A stretch of 64,000 bases of DNA from assembly GCA_036476995.1 (NCBI GenBank), contig JAZGCO010000011.1:3706-67705 (forward strand). The letters run 5' to 3'. Under the pieces are notes generated by a model. It was not told the DNA's origin. It ran no database searches and was given only the letters and a program-made list of their open reading frames with translations. Shown one piece after another: positions 55,647 to 64,000 of the stretch (position 1 is its first letter; each line of letters begins with the position of its first letter). This DNA comes from Gemmatimonadota bacterium. Its GTDB lineage: Bacteria > Gemmatimonadota > Gemmatimonadetes > Palauibacterales > Palauibacteraceae. The position numbers and the translations under genes were made by a program.

Positions 55647-56563
55647 AACGTGCCTGCCGTCCAGCGGACTGCCGTAGCTGGATCCGGCGGTTCGAACAGA
55701 TCGGGGTGCAGAAGGGCCGCGAGGATCTCGATTCCCGTCAGAACTCTCGGCCCGGAGCGATTGAAGTAGGCGGACGCGTCTACGACGAACGCCTTCCCGT
55801 CCTCGATGGCCCGTGAGGCTACTCGCGCCAGCTGTGAGGCGTGCGCGTTCGCGTCGGAGCGCGCAGCCGAAAGATCGTACCCACACGGCATGATGACGAG
55901 CACGTCGGGGTCGAGGTCCTCCAGATCTTCCCACCGCACTTCCCTGGACCGCGACGCCGCGTCCCCAACCAGGTTCTGTCCGCCGGCGAATTCGATCATC
56001 TCCGGTACCCAGTGACCGGGCGTGAACGGCGGACTCAGCCATTCGATGGCCAATACCCGCGGCCTCGAGGCTCCCTCGACTCGGCTGCGGACGGCTTCGG
56101 CCCGCGCACGCATCTCGTCAGCCAGGCTCAGGCCCAGTTCGGTCTGGCCCGTGGCCCGGCCTACCGCCTCAACCGTACTGAAGATCTCGGCCAGGGAGTG
56201 AGCATCCAGTGATAATACTTCGGCGCGCAGGCCGGCCGAGTTCACAGTTTCGTGTACCCCGGCCGTGGGAACCGCGCACACTTCACAGACGGCCTGCGTG
56301 AGAATCAAGTCGGGGTCCAGCTCGGCCAGGGTCGCCGCGTCGAGTTCATACACACTGCCGTGCACACGCATGGCTTCGCGAACCGCCCGGTCTACCTCGC
56401 CACTGTCGAGCCCCTGCAGGTCGAACCGGGCCCGGCTGAGTCGTGGACGATCCAGCACGTGAGGCGGGTAGTCGCATTCGTGAGAGATTCCCACCAGCTC
56501 ATCGGAGGCTCCCAGCAGGTCCACGATCTCCGTGGCGCTGGCCAGGAGGGATACGATTCTCAT
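55643..56563 (-). CDS. BtuF/FepB-like (class III, TroA-fold) periplasmic-binding-protein homolog lacking a signal peptide
   Basis: It starts directly at the conserved MRIVSLLASATEIVDLLGASDELVGISHECDYPP core. It has the two-lobe architecture typical of cobalamin/siderophore binding proteins. There is no in-frame start upstream, because the upstream rhodanese stop is in frame only 11 codons away. Confidence 0.7.
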   Translation of the reverse strand: MRIVSLLASATEIVDLLGASDELVGISHECDYPPHVLDRPRLSRARFDLQGLDSGEVDRAVREAMRVHGSVYELDAATLAELDPDLILTQAVCEVCAVPTAGVHETVNSAGLRAEVLSLDAHSLAEIFSTVEAVGRATGQTELGLSLADEMRARAEAVRSRVEGASRPRVLAIEWLSPPFTPGHWVPEMIEFAGGQNLVGDAASRSREVRWEDLEDLDPDVLVIMPCGYDLSAARSDANAHASQLARVASRAIEDGKAFVVDASAYFNRSGPRVLTGIEILAALLHPDLFEPPDPATAVRWTAGTF

Positions 56564-56596
56564 GCTACGACTCGACGCCGCTGAAGCACGATCGCA

Positions 56597-56950
56597 TCAA
56601 TACTGCTTCATGCTGGAATCGATCCGAGCCGCCCAGTCATTGATGCCGCCACGCAGATTGATGGCTCCTTCAACACCTCTCTCCTTTAGCATCTCCACCG
56701 CGTGAGCACTCCGTATGCCGGTTCGGCAGTACACGATCACCGTTAAGTCCGTCTCGATCTCGTCCAGGCGGCCGGGAAGCTCCCCCATGGGGATCAGCAC
56801 CGCGCCGTGGTCGCCGAAGTTGCTGATGTGCCATTCGTGCGGCTCGCGAATGTCGAGCAGCGTGAGGTCTTCACCTCGATCCAGACGTTTCTTGAGTTCG
56901 TCGACACCTATTTCCGGGACGCCAAGTGAACCTGCCCCCTGTTGGTTCAC
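56597..56950 (-). CDS. Rhodanese-domain sulfurtransferase (MoeZ C-terminal-domain-like)
   Basis: 117 aa with the catalytic Cys loop VYCRTGIRSAHA. It matches the C-terminal rhodanese domain of MoeZ/MoeBR proteins very closely (...LDIREPHEW...GGINDWA...). It starts at GTG 56950. Confidence 0.8.
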   Translation of the reverse strand: MNQQGAGSLGVPEIGVDELKKRLDRGEDLTLLDIREPHEWHISNFGDHGAVLIPMGELPGRLDEIETDLTVIVYCRTGIRSAHAVEMLKERGVEGAINLRGGINDWAARIDSSMKQY

Positions 56951-57054
56951 GCCGCACAGCTGGCGTCGGCCAGTCGGGCCTGCCCCTCTGCGCCCACCTG
57001 CGGAAGAATGATCTGGCGGTGGTAGCGGGCCGCATCCTCGCCGATGGCGCTCAT
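56947..57054 (-). pseudogene. Remnant of a ThiF/MoeB-type E1 adenylyltransferase (first 35 codons only)
   Basis: My manual translation gives MSAIGEDAARYHRQIILPQVGAEGQARLADASCAA*, carrying the diagnostic RY(S/H)RQI.LP..G.EGQ..L motif of the ThiF/MoeB N-terminus. ATGA overlap with the moaD-like stop. Its own stop overlaps the rhodanese GTG start (GTGA). Confidence 0.5.
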
Positions 57055-57329
57055 CCTCCTCCTACCGAGGGTACGATGGTGAGATCGGCATCGTGCTCGA
57101 TACTTACGTCGAGGCCGCCGTCCGGCCCGAGGAGGTTTCCATCCAGGAAGAGGCTCACGTAGCCACGCAGCGAGCCGTCATCCGCGAAAAGGTGGGTTCC
57201 AATGCGGCGATCATCACGGTCCAAGGCGGCGAGGGCTTCACCGGGCGTTGTCGCATCTACGACCACAATGCTCAGGCCTCCGGTGAATTGGCGAAGCGGG
57301 CCGGGAACGTGGACGGTTACCCTGGACAT
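57051..57329 (-). CDS. MoaD/ThiS/CysO-family ubiquitin-like sulfur-carrier protein
   Basis: 92 aa ending in ...VGGG* (C-terminal Gly-Gly) with a beta-grasp-type composition. It sits upstream of the E1 remnant and rhodanese. Confidence 0.65.
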   Translation of the reverse strand: MSRVTVHVPGPLRQFTGGLSIVVVDATTPGEALAALDRDDRRIGTHLFADDGSLRGYVSLFLDGNLLGPDGGLDVSIEHDADLTIVPSVGGG

Positions 57330-57363
57330 TCAGCTCCTGATCCGGCCTCAGCAGGGGCCCGCT

Positions 57364-58041
57364 TCAGGCCGGGACGGCCAGAGAACGACGAATGGCTTCG
57401 TAGTTCTCACTGATCGTCCCCGCACCCCGAAACACCGAAGAGCCCGCCACCAGGACGTTAGCGCCGGCTTGTGCGGCAGCGAGAGCTGTGTCAGGCCCGA
57501 TCCCGCCGTCCACCTGAATGTGTAACGGTCCGAGACCCATTCTCTCCGACTCGGCACGGAGCTGCTCCACTTTGCCGAGCACCTCCGAAATAAAGGCCTG
57601 CCCGCCAAATCCCGGGTTCACGGTCATCACCAGCACCAGATCCACCAGCGGGAGCACTTCGTGCAGCGCATCAGCCGGCGTAGAGGGATTGATGGCCACG
57701 CCAACCTTTACGCCCAATCGCCGCATTTCCTGGATATCACGGTGCAGGTGCACAGCCACTTCCTGATGGATCGTGATCATATCCGCGCCGGCCGCGGCAA
57801 ACGGACCGATAAAGTCCTGCGGGTTGTCGATCATGAGATGAACATCCAGGAAGGACTTCGTCACGGCGCGAAGAGACTCCAGAACGGGAATGCCGATGCT
57901 CAGGTTGGGCACGTAGTGCCCGTCCATCACATCAAAGTGGAACCACCGCGCCCCGGCCTCTTCCGCTTCGCGTACCTGCTCTCCTAACCGGGCAAAATCC
58001 GCCGCGAGCACGGACGGCGCTACAATGAACTCGGATATCAT
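57364..58041 (-). CDS. rpe: Ribulose-phosphate 3-epimerase
   Basis: The start MISEFIVAPSVLAADFARLGEQV... with HFDVMDGHYVPNLSIG and the later motifs is highly conserved in Rpe. The track ORF begins 26 codons earlier. Confidence 0.9.
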   Translation of the reverse strand: MISEFIVAPSVLAADFARLGEQVREAEEAGARWFHFDVMDGHYVPNLSIGIPVLESLRAVTKSFLDVHLMIDNPQDFIGPFAAAGADMITIHQEVAVHLHRDIQEMRRLGVKVGVAINPSTPADALHEVLPLVDLVLVMTVNPGFGGQAFISEVLGKVEQLRAESERMGLGPLHIQVDGGIGPDTALAAAQAGANVLVAGSSVFRGAGTISENYEAIRRSLAVPA

Positions 58042-58043
58042 CC

Positions 58044-58964
58044 CTACGCGCCGTACCCGGACAGCAATTCCTGAACTCGCTTCGAGATCTCGAGAGCCTC
58101 CTCCATGGGCCGCTGCCACATGTTGCGGCCGAAGATCAGACCGGTCGCTCCGCCGTCCATGCTCAGCTTGACCTTATCGAGGAGGTCTTCGTCCCCGAGC
58201 TTGCTGCCACCCGAAAACAACACCAGCGTATTCTGGGCCGACCGCACGACGCGGCGGCATCCCTCCAGGTAGTCCCACTCGAGCTCGGCATACGCCTTGG
58301 GCTGATCGGCATCCTTATCGCCCTTTTTGGGCTGATTGAGTTTTACAACGTCCGCGCCCATCTCCATGGCCATGCGGGCTGCATAGTCGACCGCATACAA
58401 CGAGTCGCGCCCGCCCTTGGCTTCGATCGCCGAGCCTCTCGGGTATGACCAGACGATCAACGGCATGCCGTAGCGCTGGCAGTCGCTCCTGACGTCATTC
58501 AACTCTTCCTGATGCAGCGATTGGGCCGGCGAGCCGACATAAAGCGTGTAGCCGACCCCGCTTGCGCCCAGCCTGACGGCATCCTCTACGGAGCAGTTGA
58601 GGGGAGAGTGCGCCTCGGCGTCCGAGGGGATGCTGGTCTTGCCGTTTACCTTCAAAATGAGTGGAATCTCGCCGGCGTAGCGAGGGAAGTACTTCTCGGC
58701 AAAGCCGATCTGGCACGCTATGCCGTTGAACTCTCCCTGGATCGCCAACTCGAACTGGAAGTCGGGGTCTGCAGACGGTGGGTTGGGCAGAAAATCGATC
58801 GGGCCGTGCTCCATACCCTGATCGATAGGCAGGAACAGCGCGGTGCCGTTCCTGACACCGTGGTTGTACAGCATGTCGAACAACCGTGCAGCTTTGCCCG
58901 GAGCAAGGTTCATGTCCTCGATCGTCGGGCGATCGACCGCCGAGGGAGAAGTAACAGGCTCCAA
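58044..58964 (-). CDS. fbaB: Class I fructose-bisphosphate aldolase (DhnA/FbaB archaeal-type)
   Basis: 306 aa with a TIM-barrel class Ia aldolase pattern (...LFLPIDQGMEHGP..., Schiff-base Lys region ...ADVVKLNQPKKGD...). Confidence 0.75.
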   Translation of the reverse strand: MEPVTSPSAVDRPTIEDMNLAPGKAARLFDMLYNHGVRNGTALFLPIDQGMEHGPIDFLPNPPSADPDFQFELAIQGEFNGIACQIGFAEKYFPRYAGEIPLILKVNGKTSIPSDAEAHSPLNCSVEDAVRLGASGVGYTLYVGSPAQSLHQEELNDVRSDCQRYGMPLIVWSYPRGSAIEAKGGRDSLYAVDYAARMAMEMGADVVKLNQPKKGDKDADQPKAYAELEWDYLEGCRRVVRSAQNTLVLFSGGSKLGDEDLLDKVKLSMDGGATGLIFGRNMWQRPMEEALEISKRVQELLSGYGA

Positions 58965-59060
58965 GATGTGCCTCCTACGCGAACCACGCGCGTCACAAGT
59001 GCTATTCTAGTGGCTCAAGAATACTGTCTACGGCGTCCTGGAAACAGATCGCGACGGTGC

Positions 59061-60287
59061 CTACACAACGCCGAGTCGGCGCCCTACCGTGTCCAGCGCT
59101 GAGAGGGCTCGGTCCAGGTGATCGCGGCTATGCGCGGCCGAGACCTGGCACCGGATGCGGGCCACGCCGTGCGGGACCACGGGAAAGCCGAAACCGATCA
59201 CAAACACGCCTTCATCGAGCAGCAGTTGGCTCATCGCGATAGCGTCGGATGTCTCGCCGATGATGACCGGGACGATGGGCGTGTCTCCCTCGATGGGCTC
59301 GAAACCCAACGAGGTCAACTGCTTGCGAAAGTACTCCGTATTGGTGCGAAGAGTAGCCACGAGGCCGGGATTCCGTTCCAGCACGTCGATCGCGGCCATC
59401 GCTCCCGCAGCCGTGTAAGGCGGGATCGCGTTCGTGAACAGTTGCGTTCGAGACCGCTGTGTCAGGTATTCGATGACGGGGCGGCTGCTGGCTATGAAGC
59501 CGCCCGCAGCGCCTCCGAGCGCCTTTCCGAGCGTGGATGTGATGATGTCCATCTGGCCATGCATTCCGAAGTGCTCCGGAGTTCCCCGGCCGGTCTCGCC
59601 CAGAACCCCGGTGGCATGCGAATCGTCGATGGTCATGATGGCATCGTAACGATCGCACAGCTCACGAATCTCCGGCAGGGGGGCGATCTCCCCCTCCATG
59701 GAAAACACTCCGTCCGAAATCACGAGCCGGTGCCTGGCGTCCGAACTCGCCACCAGAGCCTCTTCGAGAGAGGCCATGTCCATGTGCCTGTAGATGCGCC
59801 TTTGGGCCTTGCAGAGCCTGATTCCATCAATGATGGATGCGTGGTTCAGTTCGTCACTGATCAGCACATCCTCCGGCGAGAGCAACGCGGCGAACAATCC
59901 CTCGTTGGCGTTCCAACAGGAGGTATAGGTCAGCGCCGCCTCTGTCTCGAGAAAATCGGCCAGCCGATTTTCGAGATCCCTGTGGATATCGAACGTACCG
60001 CAGATGAACCGGACGGATGAAGTGCCGGCGCCGTACTTGTCGGCTCCTCCTCGTACGGCCGCGACAACCTCCGGATGCTCGCACAGGCCCAGATAATTGT
60101 TGGAGCAGAGATTCACGGTCGGGCCGTATCCCTCCAGTTCGACGACCGCCCCCTGTGGTCCCATGATGTGCTGGAGGCGCTTGAGGACTCCTGACGATTG
60201 CATTTCCTCGAGTTCCGCGCCCAGGCGTGCGCTCAGGCCGGCGTTGACTACGCTAGCCTGAACGTCGGTTTCGTCATACAGAGTCAT
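59061..60287 (-). CDS. kbl: Glycine C-acetyltransferase (2-amino-3-ketobutyrate CoA ligase). The BioF-like alternative is less likely.
   Basis: 408 aa, collinear with E. coli Kbl (NLCSNNYLGLCEHPEVVAAV..., SVRFICGT..., SDELNHASIIDGIRLC..., PLP-Lys STLGKALGG). Confidence 0.8.
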   Translation of the reverse strand: MTLYDETDVQASVVNAGLSARLGAELEEMQSSGVLKRLQHIMGPQGAVVELEGYGPTVNLCSNNYLGLCEHPEVVAAVRGGADKYGAGTSSVRFICGTFDIHRDLENRLADFLETEAALTYTSCWNANEGLFAALLSPEDVLISDELNHASIIDGIRLCKAQRRIYRHMDMASLEEALVASSDARHRLVISDGVFSMEGEIAPLPEIRELCDRYDAIMTIDDSHATGVLGETGRGTPEHFGMHGQMDIITSTLGKALGGAAGGFIASSRPVIEYLTQRSRTQLFTNAIPPYTAAGAMAAIDVLERNPGLVATLRTNTEYFRKQLTSLGFEPIEGDTPIVPVIIGETSDAIAMSQLLLDEGVFVIGFGFPVVPHGVARIRCQVSAAHSRDHLDRALSALDTVGRRLGVV

Positions 60288-60961
60288 CAGTCAGAGTCTT
60301 CTTCCGGGTAATAGTCTTCGATCGTCTGATCCATAAAGTACGCCGTATCCACATCGATCCTTGGTCTCGAGCCGTACAGGCCACAAAGGCTGAAGCCGTG
60401 TAGAGTTCCGGCAACAAAGAGTACTCGATCCGGTCCGCTGGCGGCCCTGAGGGGCTCAGGGAGACCAGACAGAGCGAACGGCCGCTGGTTCCCAAGCCAT
60501 CCTGGTCCGAACAGGTAGCAGCCGCCCGCAGCATCCAAGGTGCCGGTACCCCTGGTGCCGATGGCCGAAAATGTGCCCGAGTCCACGGCGATGAGCGATC
60601 CCAGATCGCGGTCCTCATAGTCCAGCACACGGAATCGGCCCGATTTCTCGATCCTAACGGGCCGCGCCTCATAGAAGCTGACCCGGCTGTCCGAGCACAT
60701 CGTGTCAAACACGCTTCGCTGTCCCTCCAGCCGAATGGTAGAGTCACCGACGGCGACGGTCGCGGTATCCAGGCGTCCGCACGCGTTCGGCGTCACGGGA
60801 CCCGCAAACTCCAGAGAAAACGTTTCGCCGACGAGTACCGTGTCCGGGAACGCGGTCCAGGTGACCCGAACCGGGGACTGAGTCGGCTCGCCGATGTCAT
60901 AGCACGCGGCTGCCGGTAGAATGGCGGGGAGGGCCGTCAGGATCCTGGGGAAGAGCGACAT
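60287..60961 (-). CDS. Hypothetical lipoprotein
   Basis: Signal peptide with lipobox (LPAAAC), several Cys, no recognised domain. It shares the kbl stop-codon position (60287). Confidence 0.4.
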   Translation of the reverse strand: MSLFPRILTALPAILPAAACYDIGEPTQSPVRVTWTAFPDTVLVGETFSLEFAGPVTPNACGRLDTATVAVGDSTIRLEGQRSVFDTMCSDSRVSFYEARPVRIEKSGRFRVLDYEDRDLGSLIAVDSGTFSAIGTRGTGTLDAAGGCYLFGPGWLGNQRPFALSGLPEPLRAASGPDRVLFVAGTLHGFSLCGLYGSRPRIDVDTAYFMDQTIEDYYPEEDSD

Positions 60962-61092
60962 TCTGGAATCTGTTTTGCAGGTACCTGTCGGGCAAGCGGA
61001 ACCTACGCCAGACTCCAGAGATACAACCCCCGTACTTTACAGCGCTGAGCAGGCAGCGAAAGACTACTGAGTCGGGCCGATACTTAGGGACG

Positions 61093-61782
61093 ATGATCGA
61101 AGAACTGCACACAGGCACACGGAGCGATGGGGAGAGCCGCCACCGGCGCGCTCTGGCTGTAGGCATGGGCCTTTCGGTCCTGTTGCATGCTGCCGTGATA
61201 TTGGGCTTTCGGGCTGACCTGGAGCCTCTGTCGGTCACCGTGGCGGCCGGACAGCGCGCCGGGGATCCGGTGGCCGCAGCCGGCGGCGGCGTACTTCAAG
61301 CCATCAATATCGCCCTGCCGAGCCAGATAGAAGTGCCACCGCCGCCGGAAGTAGTGCCTGACCTGGATGAGCCCGAGCTGCAGGTCACCGTGCCGCCGGA
61401 GGACAGGCTCAGTGCGTCGATTGACCTGGCCAGTGCCACTTCTTTCCCTGGAAATCGCCCCGAGATCGGTGTGGCAAGAGCTTTGGGCCGCGGTGACGGA
61501 GGAGCAGACGCCGAAGGCCTGTACCGGGTGACGGCGCCCGAGCCCCGATCGATCATCCCCGAGTGGGATCCGCCCAGGGAAGTGAAGGGGATGCAGGTGA
61601 TGGTTCGTGTTCTGGTGGACGAACGCGGCGCACCGCTCGGAGATGTAGAACTTCTGCCGCCCACACCTAACCGGGGATTCAACAATCGGCTGCGCGACAA
61701 GGTGCTCAGCATGGATTACAAGCCGGCTCGGCGGCAGGGTAGGGCCATCTCCGGATGGGCGGAGATGACCTTCATTTTCTAG
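61093..61782 (+). CDS. TonB-family energy transducer (C-terminal TonB domain)
   Basis: N-terminal TM (LAVGMGLSVLLHAAVILGF), Pro-rich spacer (VPPPPEVVPDL), and a C-terminal TonB_C-like ...MVRVLVDERGAPLGDVELL...SGWAEMTFIF. Confidence 0.6.
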   Translation: MIEELHTGTRSDGESRHRRALAVGMGLSVLLHAAVILGFRADLEPLSVTVAAGQRAGDPVAAAGGGVLQAINIALPSQIEVPPPPEVVPDLDEPELQVTVPPEDRLSASIDLASATSFPGNRPEIGVARALGRGDGGADAEGLYRVTAPEPRSIIPEWDPPREVKGMQVMVRVLVDERGAPLGDVELLPPTPNRGFNNRLRDKVLSMDYKPARRQGRAISGWAEMTFIF

Positions 61783-61788
61783 CCGGTC

Positions 61789-63504
61789 CTATCGTTCAAA
61801 TACGAACTTCCCATCCACGACCGTAATGTCCGGTGACGCCAGGAGCAGTTCTTCCGGTGGTGTAGTCAACAGATTCCGGTCCCACACTACCAGGTCGGCC
61901 AGCATGCCAGGCTCCAGCGTTCCCTTTATACTGTCCTGAAACTCCGCGTACGCCGAACCAGCCGAGTACGCTCGTATGGCTTCCTCTATCGTGAGCCGCT
62001 GACCGGGGAGCCATCCGCCGGGAGGTGAGTCGGGTTCTTCACGCGACTGCCGCGTTACAGCTGAAAACAGGCCTTCAATCGGGGGCATCGGCTCCACGGC
62101 GAAGTCGGTTCCAAACGCCAGGACGGCTCCCGCGTCGAGCAGCGATCGCCACGCGTACGCTCCGCGCTCCGCGCGCTCGTGTCCGATCCGCTCCTCCGCC
62201 CACCTCATATCGCTGGTGGCGTGTGTCGGCTGCATGGAGGCTACGACTCCGATCTGGGCGAAACGAGGAATATCATCGGGGTGCAGGACCTGAGCGTGCT
62301 CGATGCGGTGCCGCCGGGGACGGTTGTCGGCCGCCGCCACCTGTGCATATATGTCGAGGACCACCCGGTTGGCCCTGTCGCCGATCGCATGCACCATGAC
62401 CTGCAGCCCGGCTGAATCGGCCGCGGACACCAGCGAGCGCAGCTCTTCCGGAGTGTAGCGCGCGACTCCGCTCGTGCTCGCATCGTCGCTGAAAGGCTCC
62501 AGCATCCACGCGGTTCGGGATCCCAGGGTACCGTCGGAATACCCCTTGAGGAGACCTCTCCGTAGCCAGGCGTCCCCGGAGGCTTGCTCGACACCGGCGC
62601 GCGCGTAGCGTTCGATATTCTCGTGCGTGAGGGGAAGCCAGCCGTAGACACGCACGGTGAGCATGCCCGCCGCCCGAAGCTCGGCATATATGGCCATGTC
62701 CTCATCTACGGCCTGCGACTGGACGCTCGTTACACCGGTCCGAGCCGCCATCTCGAGCGCGAGTTCGATTCCCCGCTTCCGGCTCGCAGCGGACGGGGGC
62801 CCGACGCGTGCGTCCACAGTATCAAAGGCGGCCTCGATCAGGATGCCGGTCAGCTCGCCCGTGGCCGGATCGCGCACGAAGGACCCACCAGGCGGGTCGG
62901 GCGTCTCGGCGTCAAAGCCCAGGATCTGGATGGCCCGTGAGTTCATCCAGGCTGTGTGACCGTCCACTCGCCTCAAAACCACTGGATTGTCCGGCGCTGC
63001 CCGGTCCAGGACCTTCATTGGGGGCCACCCGTCGGGTCCAAGCTCACCCGCGGGGAGTCGCGTCTGGTCCCACCCGCGCCCCCGAATCCACTCGCCTGGC
63101 GCCGCGTCATGAGCTGCTGTCCGGACCCGCTGCTCTATCTCGTCCAGGGAGGTGACACCCTGAAGCTGAACGCGAAGGAACGACAGTCCGCCCGGCCCGA
63201 GGTGCAGATGCGCGTCGTTCATTCCCGGGGTCACCAGACGTCCTTCCAGTTCGACGACCCTGGTATCGGGACCGATCCACCCGCTGATGTCCTCGTCAGA
63301 TCCGACGGCGGAAATCTGGTTGCCGGACACCGCCAACGCCGTGGTCCGGGTCGCGGCTGAGTCGGCCAGGAACACGACTCCTCCGCGCAGAACCAGATCG
63401 GCTGCCGGCCGAGCCGGTCCGCCCGTACAACTCTGAGCTACCAGGACGCCGGCCAGTAACACGCAGGTTAGTAACACCCAGCGCCATGCACGTGATCTCA
63501 GCAT
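61789..63504 (-). CDS. Amidohydrolase-family (Amidohydro_3-type) metal-dependent hydrolase, secreted/lipoprotein
   Basis: 571 aa with a signal/lipobox (LLAGVLVAQSCTG). The metal-ligand motif is GMNDAHLHLG, with later His/Asp ligands (MVHAIGDRAN, ...GTDFAVEP...). Confidence 0.8.
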   Translation of the reverse strand: MLRSRAWRWVLLTCVLLAGVLVAQSCTGGPARPAADLVLRGGVVFLADSAATRTTALAVSGNQISAVGSDEDISGWIGPDTRVVELEGRLVTPGMNDAHLHLGPGGLSFLRVQLQGVTSLDEIEQRVRTAAHDAAPGEWIRGRGWDQTRLPAGELGPDGWPPMKVLDRAAPDNPVVLRRVDGHTAWMNSRAIQILGFDAETPDPPGGSFVRDPATGELTGILIEAAFDTVDARVGPPSAASRKRGIELALEMAARTGVTSVQSQAVDEDMAIYAELRAAGMLTVRVYGWLPLTHENIERYARAGVEQASGDAWLRRGLLKGYSDGTLGSRTAWMLEPFSDDASTSGVARYTPEELRSLVSAADSAGLQVMVHAIGDRANRVVLDIYAQVAAADNRPRRHRIEHAQVLHPDDIPRFAQIGVVASMQPTHATSDMRWAEERIGHERAERGAYAWRSLLDAGAVLAFGTDFAVEPMPPIEGLFSAVTRQSREEPDSPPGGWLPGQRLTIEEAIRAYSAGSAYAEFQDSIKGTLEPGMLADLVVWDRNLLTTPPEELLLASPDITVVDGKFVFER

Positions 63505-63674
63505 CTGTTTCCTCGCCTTTCATCTCGGCCGGGGCCACTGGATTCGGGAACTTTTGGTCTGCACCAGAGAACACATATATTGGCGAACGTCGACCCTCGA
63601 ACAAAGACAATGGAGTCAGATGGAAGCTCACTCGTGCACTATCGGAACGACGACCGTGCTGCATTCCGTTGCCG

Positions 63675-64000
63675 GATGTCCCGAAGTCCCCGAGGGTTCC
63701 GTCTGATCCAAAAACAGCGTTTCTTCCCCCCAGACGGCGGCCCGGTCCGAGGCGGCCGGCTGCTCGTGTCACTGCTGGCAAGCTCAGTGGCGCTCCTTCC
63801 GGGCGCACTGCAGGCGCAGGAACAGCAGCCCGCCGCGGATGACCGGGACGACACACTTCTCGACCGGATCACACTGACCGATCGCGCCGCTCCGCGAGCT
63901 CTGCGACTAGGGTCCGGGCTGATCCCGTTTGTTTGGAACACGGATGCGGGCGCAAGTCTGTCGCTCCGTTGGCCATGGTTGGCCGGTCCCGCGCCGGGGC
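63675..64000 (+). CDS. Hypothetical secreted protein, 5' fragment (continues past the window end)
   Basis: ATG at 63675 (MSRSPRGFRLIQKQRFF...GGRLLVSLLASSVALLPGALQAQEQQ..., signal-peptide-like). It is open to the window edge and absent from the ORF track because it has no stop. Confidence 0.3.

Noticed and set aside
1-64000. CRISPR arrays, rRNA/tRNA genes, transposases, integrases and prophage structural genes
   Set aside because: I scanned all intergenic gaps over 80 nt (the largest are 40941..41157, 52713..52899, 51638..51822 and 25822..25996) and the ORF track. I found no direct-repeat arrays, no tRNA cloverleaf signatures and no mobility-gene homologs. The DUF360 'holin-like' protein is a common chromosomal membrane protein and I do not take it as evidence of a prophage.

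Overview
A 64 kb, high-GC (roughly 65%) bacterial chromosomal segment. It is densely packed with core housekeeping genes on both strands, with short intergenic gaps and many 4-nt start/stop overlaps, which suggests long operons.

Conserved genes I recognised include leuS, uvrA, gyrA, a fumC-like class II fumarase, pyrE, a fur-family regulator, proline dehydrogenase, and a complete System I cytochrome c maturation operon (ccmABCDEFGH; the 45-aa ccmD is missing from the ORF track). Others are archaeal-type cofactor-independent phosphoglycerate mutase, a copA-type P-type ATPase, pspA, an HU protein, a serA/class-V aminotransferase pair, rpe, a class I FBA, kbl, a DsbA-like/VKOR disulfide-forming pair, and a D12-class (Dam-like) adenine methyltransferase. 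An ABC ATPase, a permease fused to a GldG-like domain, and a DUF4340 protein form one module.

The gene content (short 287-aa RpoD-like sigma, GldG/DUF4340, class I FBA, apgM) suggests an FCB-group or Gemmatimonadota-like organism, but that is an inference.

I found no rRNA or tRNA genes, CRISPR arrays, transposases, integrases or prophage genes.

The most striking pattern is that several normally intact, conserved genes are disrupted:
- nfuA carries a frameshift.
- The RpoD-like sigma factor has an in-frame TAA in region 2.2.
- copA carries a single-base frameshift.
- A MoeZ/MoeB-type E1 gene is reduced to a 35-aa N-terminal stub followed by its rhodanese domain.
- ccmA has no canonical start codon.

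This means either consensus errors in the assembly or real gene decay, and it must be checked against reads before any biological interpretation.

I did not find a clear-cut novel multi-gene defence-type system. The best candidates for undescribed biology are an unknown 462-aa tail-anchored protein embedded in the DsbA-VKOR operon, an unknown 283-aa protein directly upstream of fur, a degenerate DEAD-box/DbpA-like pseudo-helicase, a signal-peptide-less BtuF-like binding protein, and an orphan Dam-like methyltransferase placed between an ABC exporter and a lipoprotein metallopeptidase.
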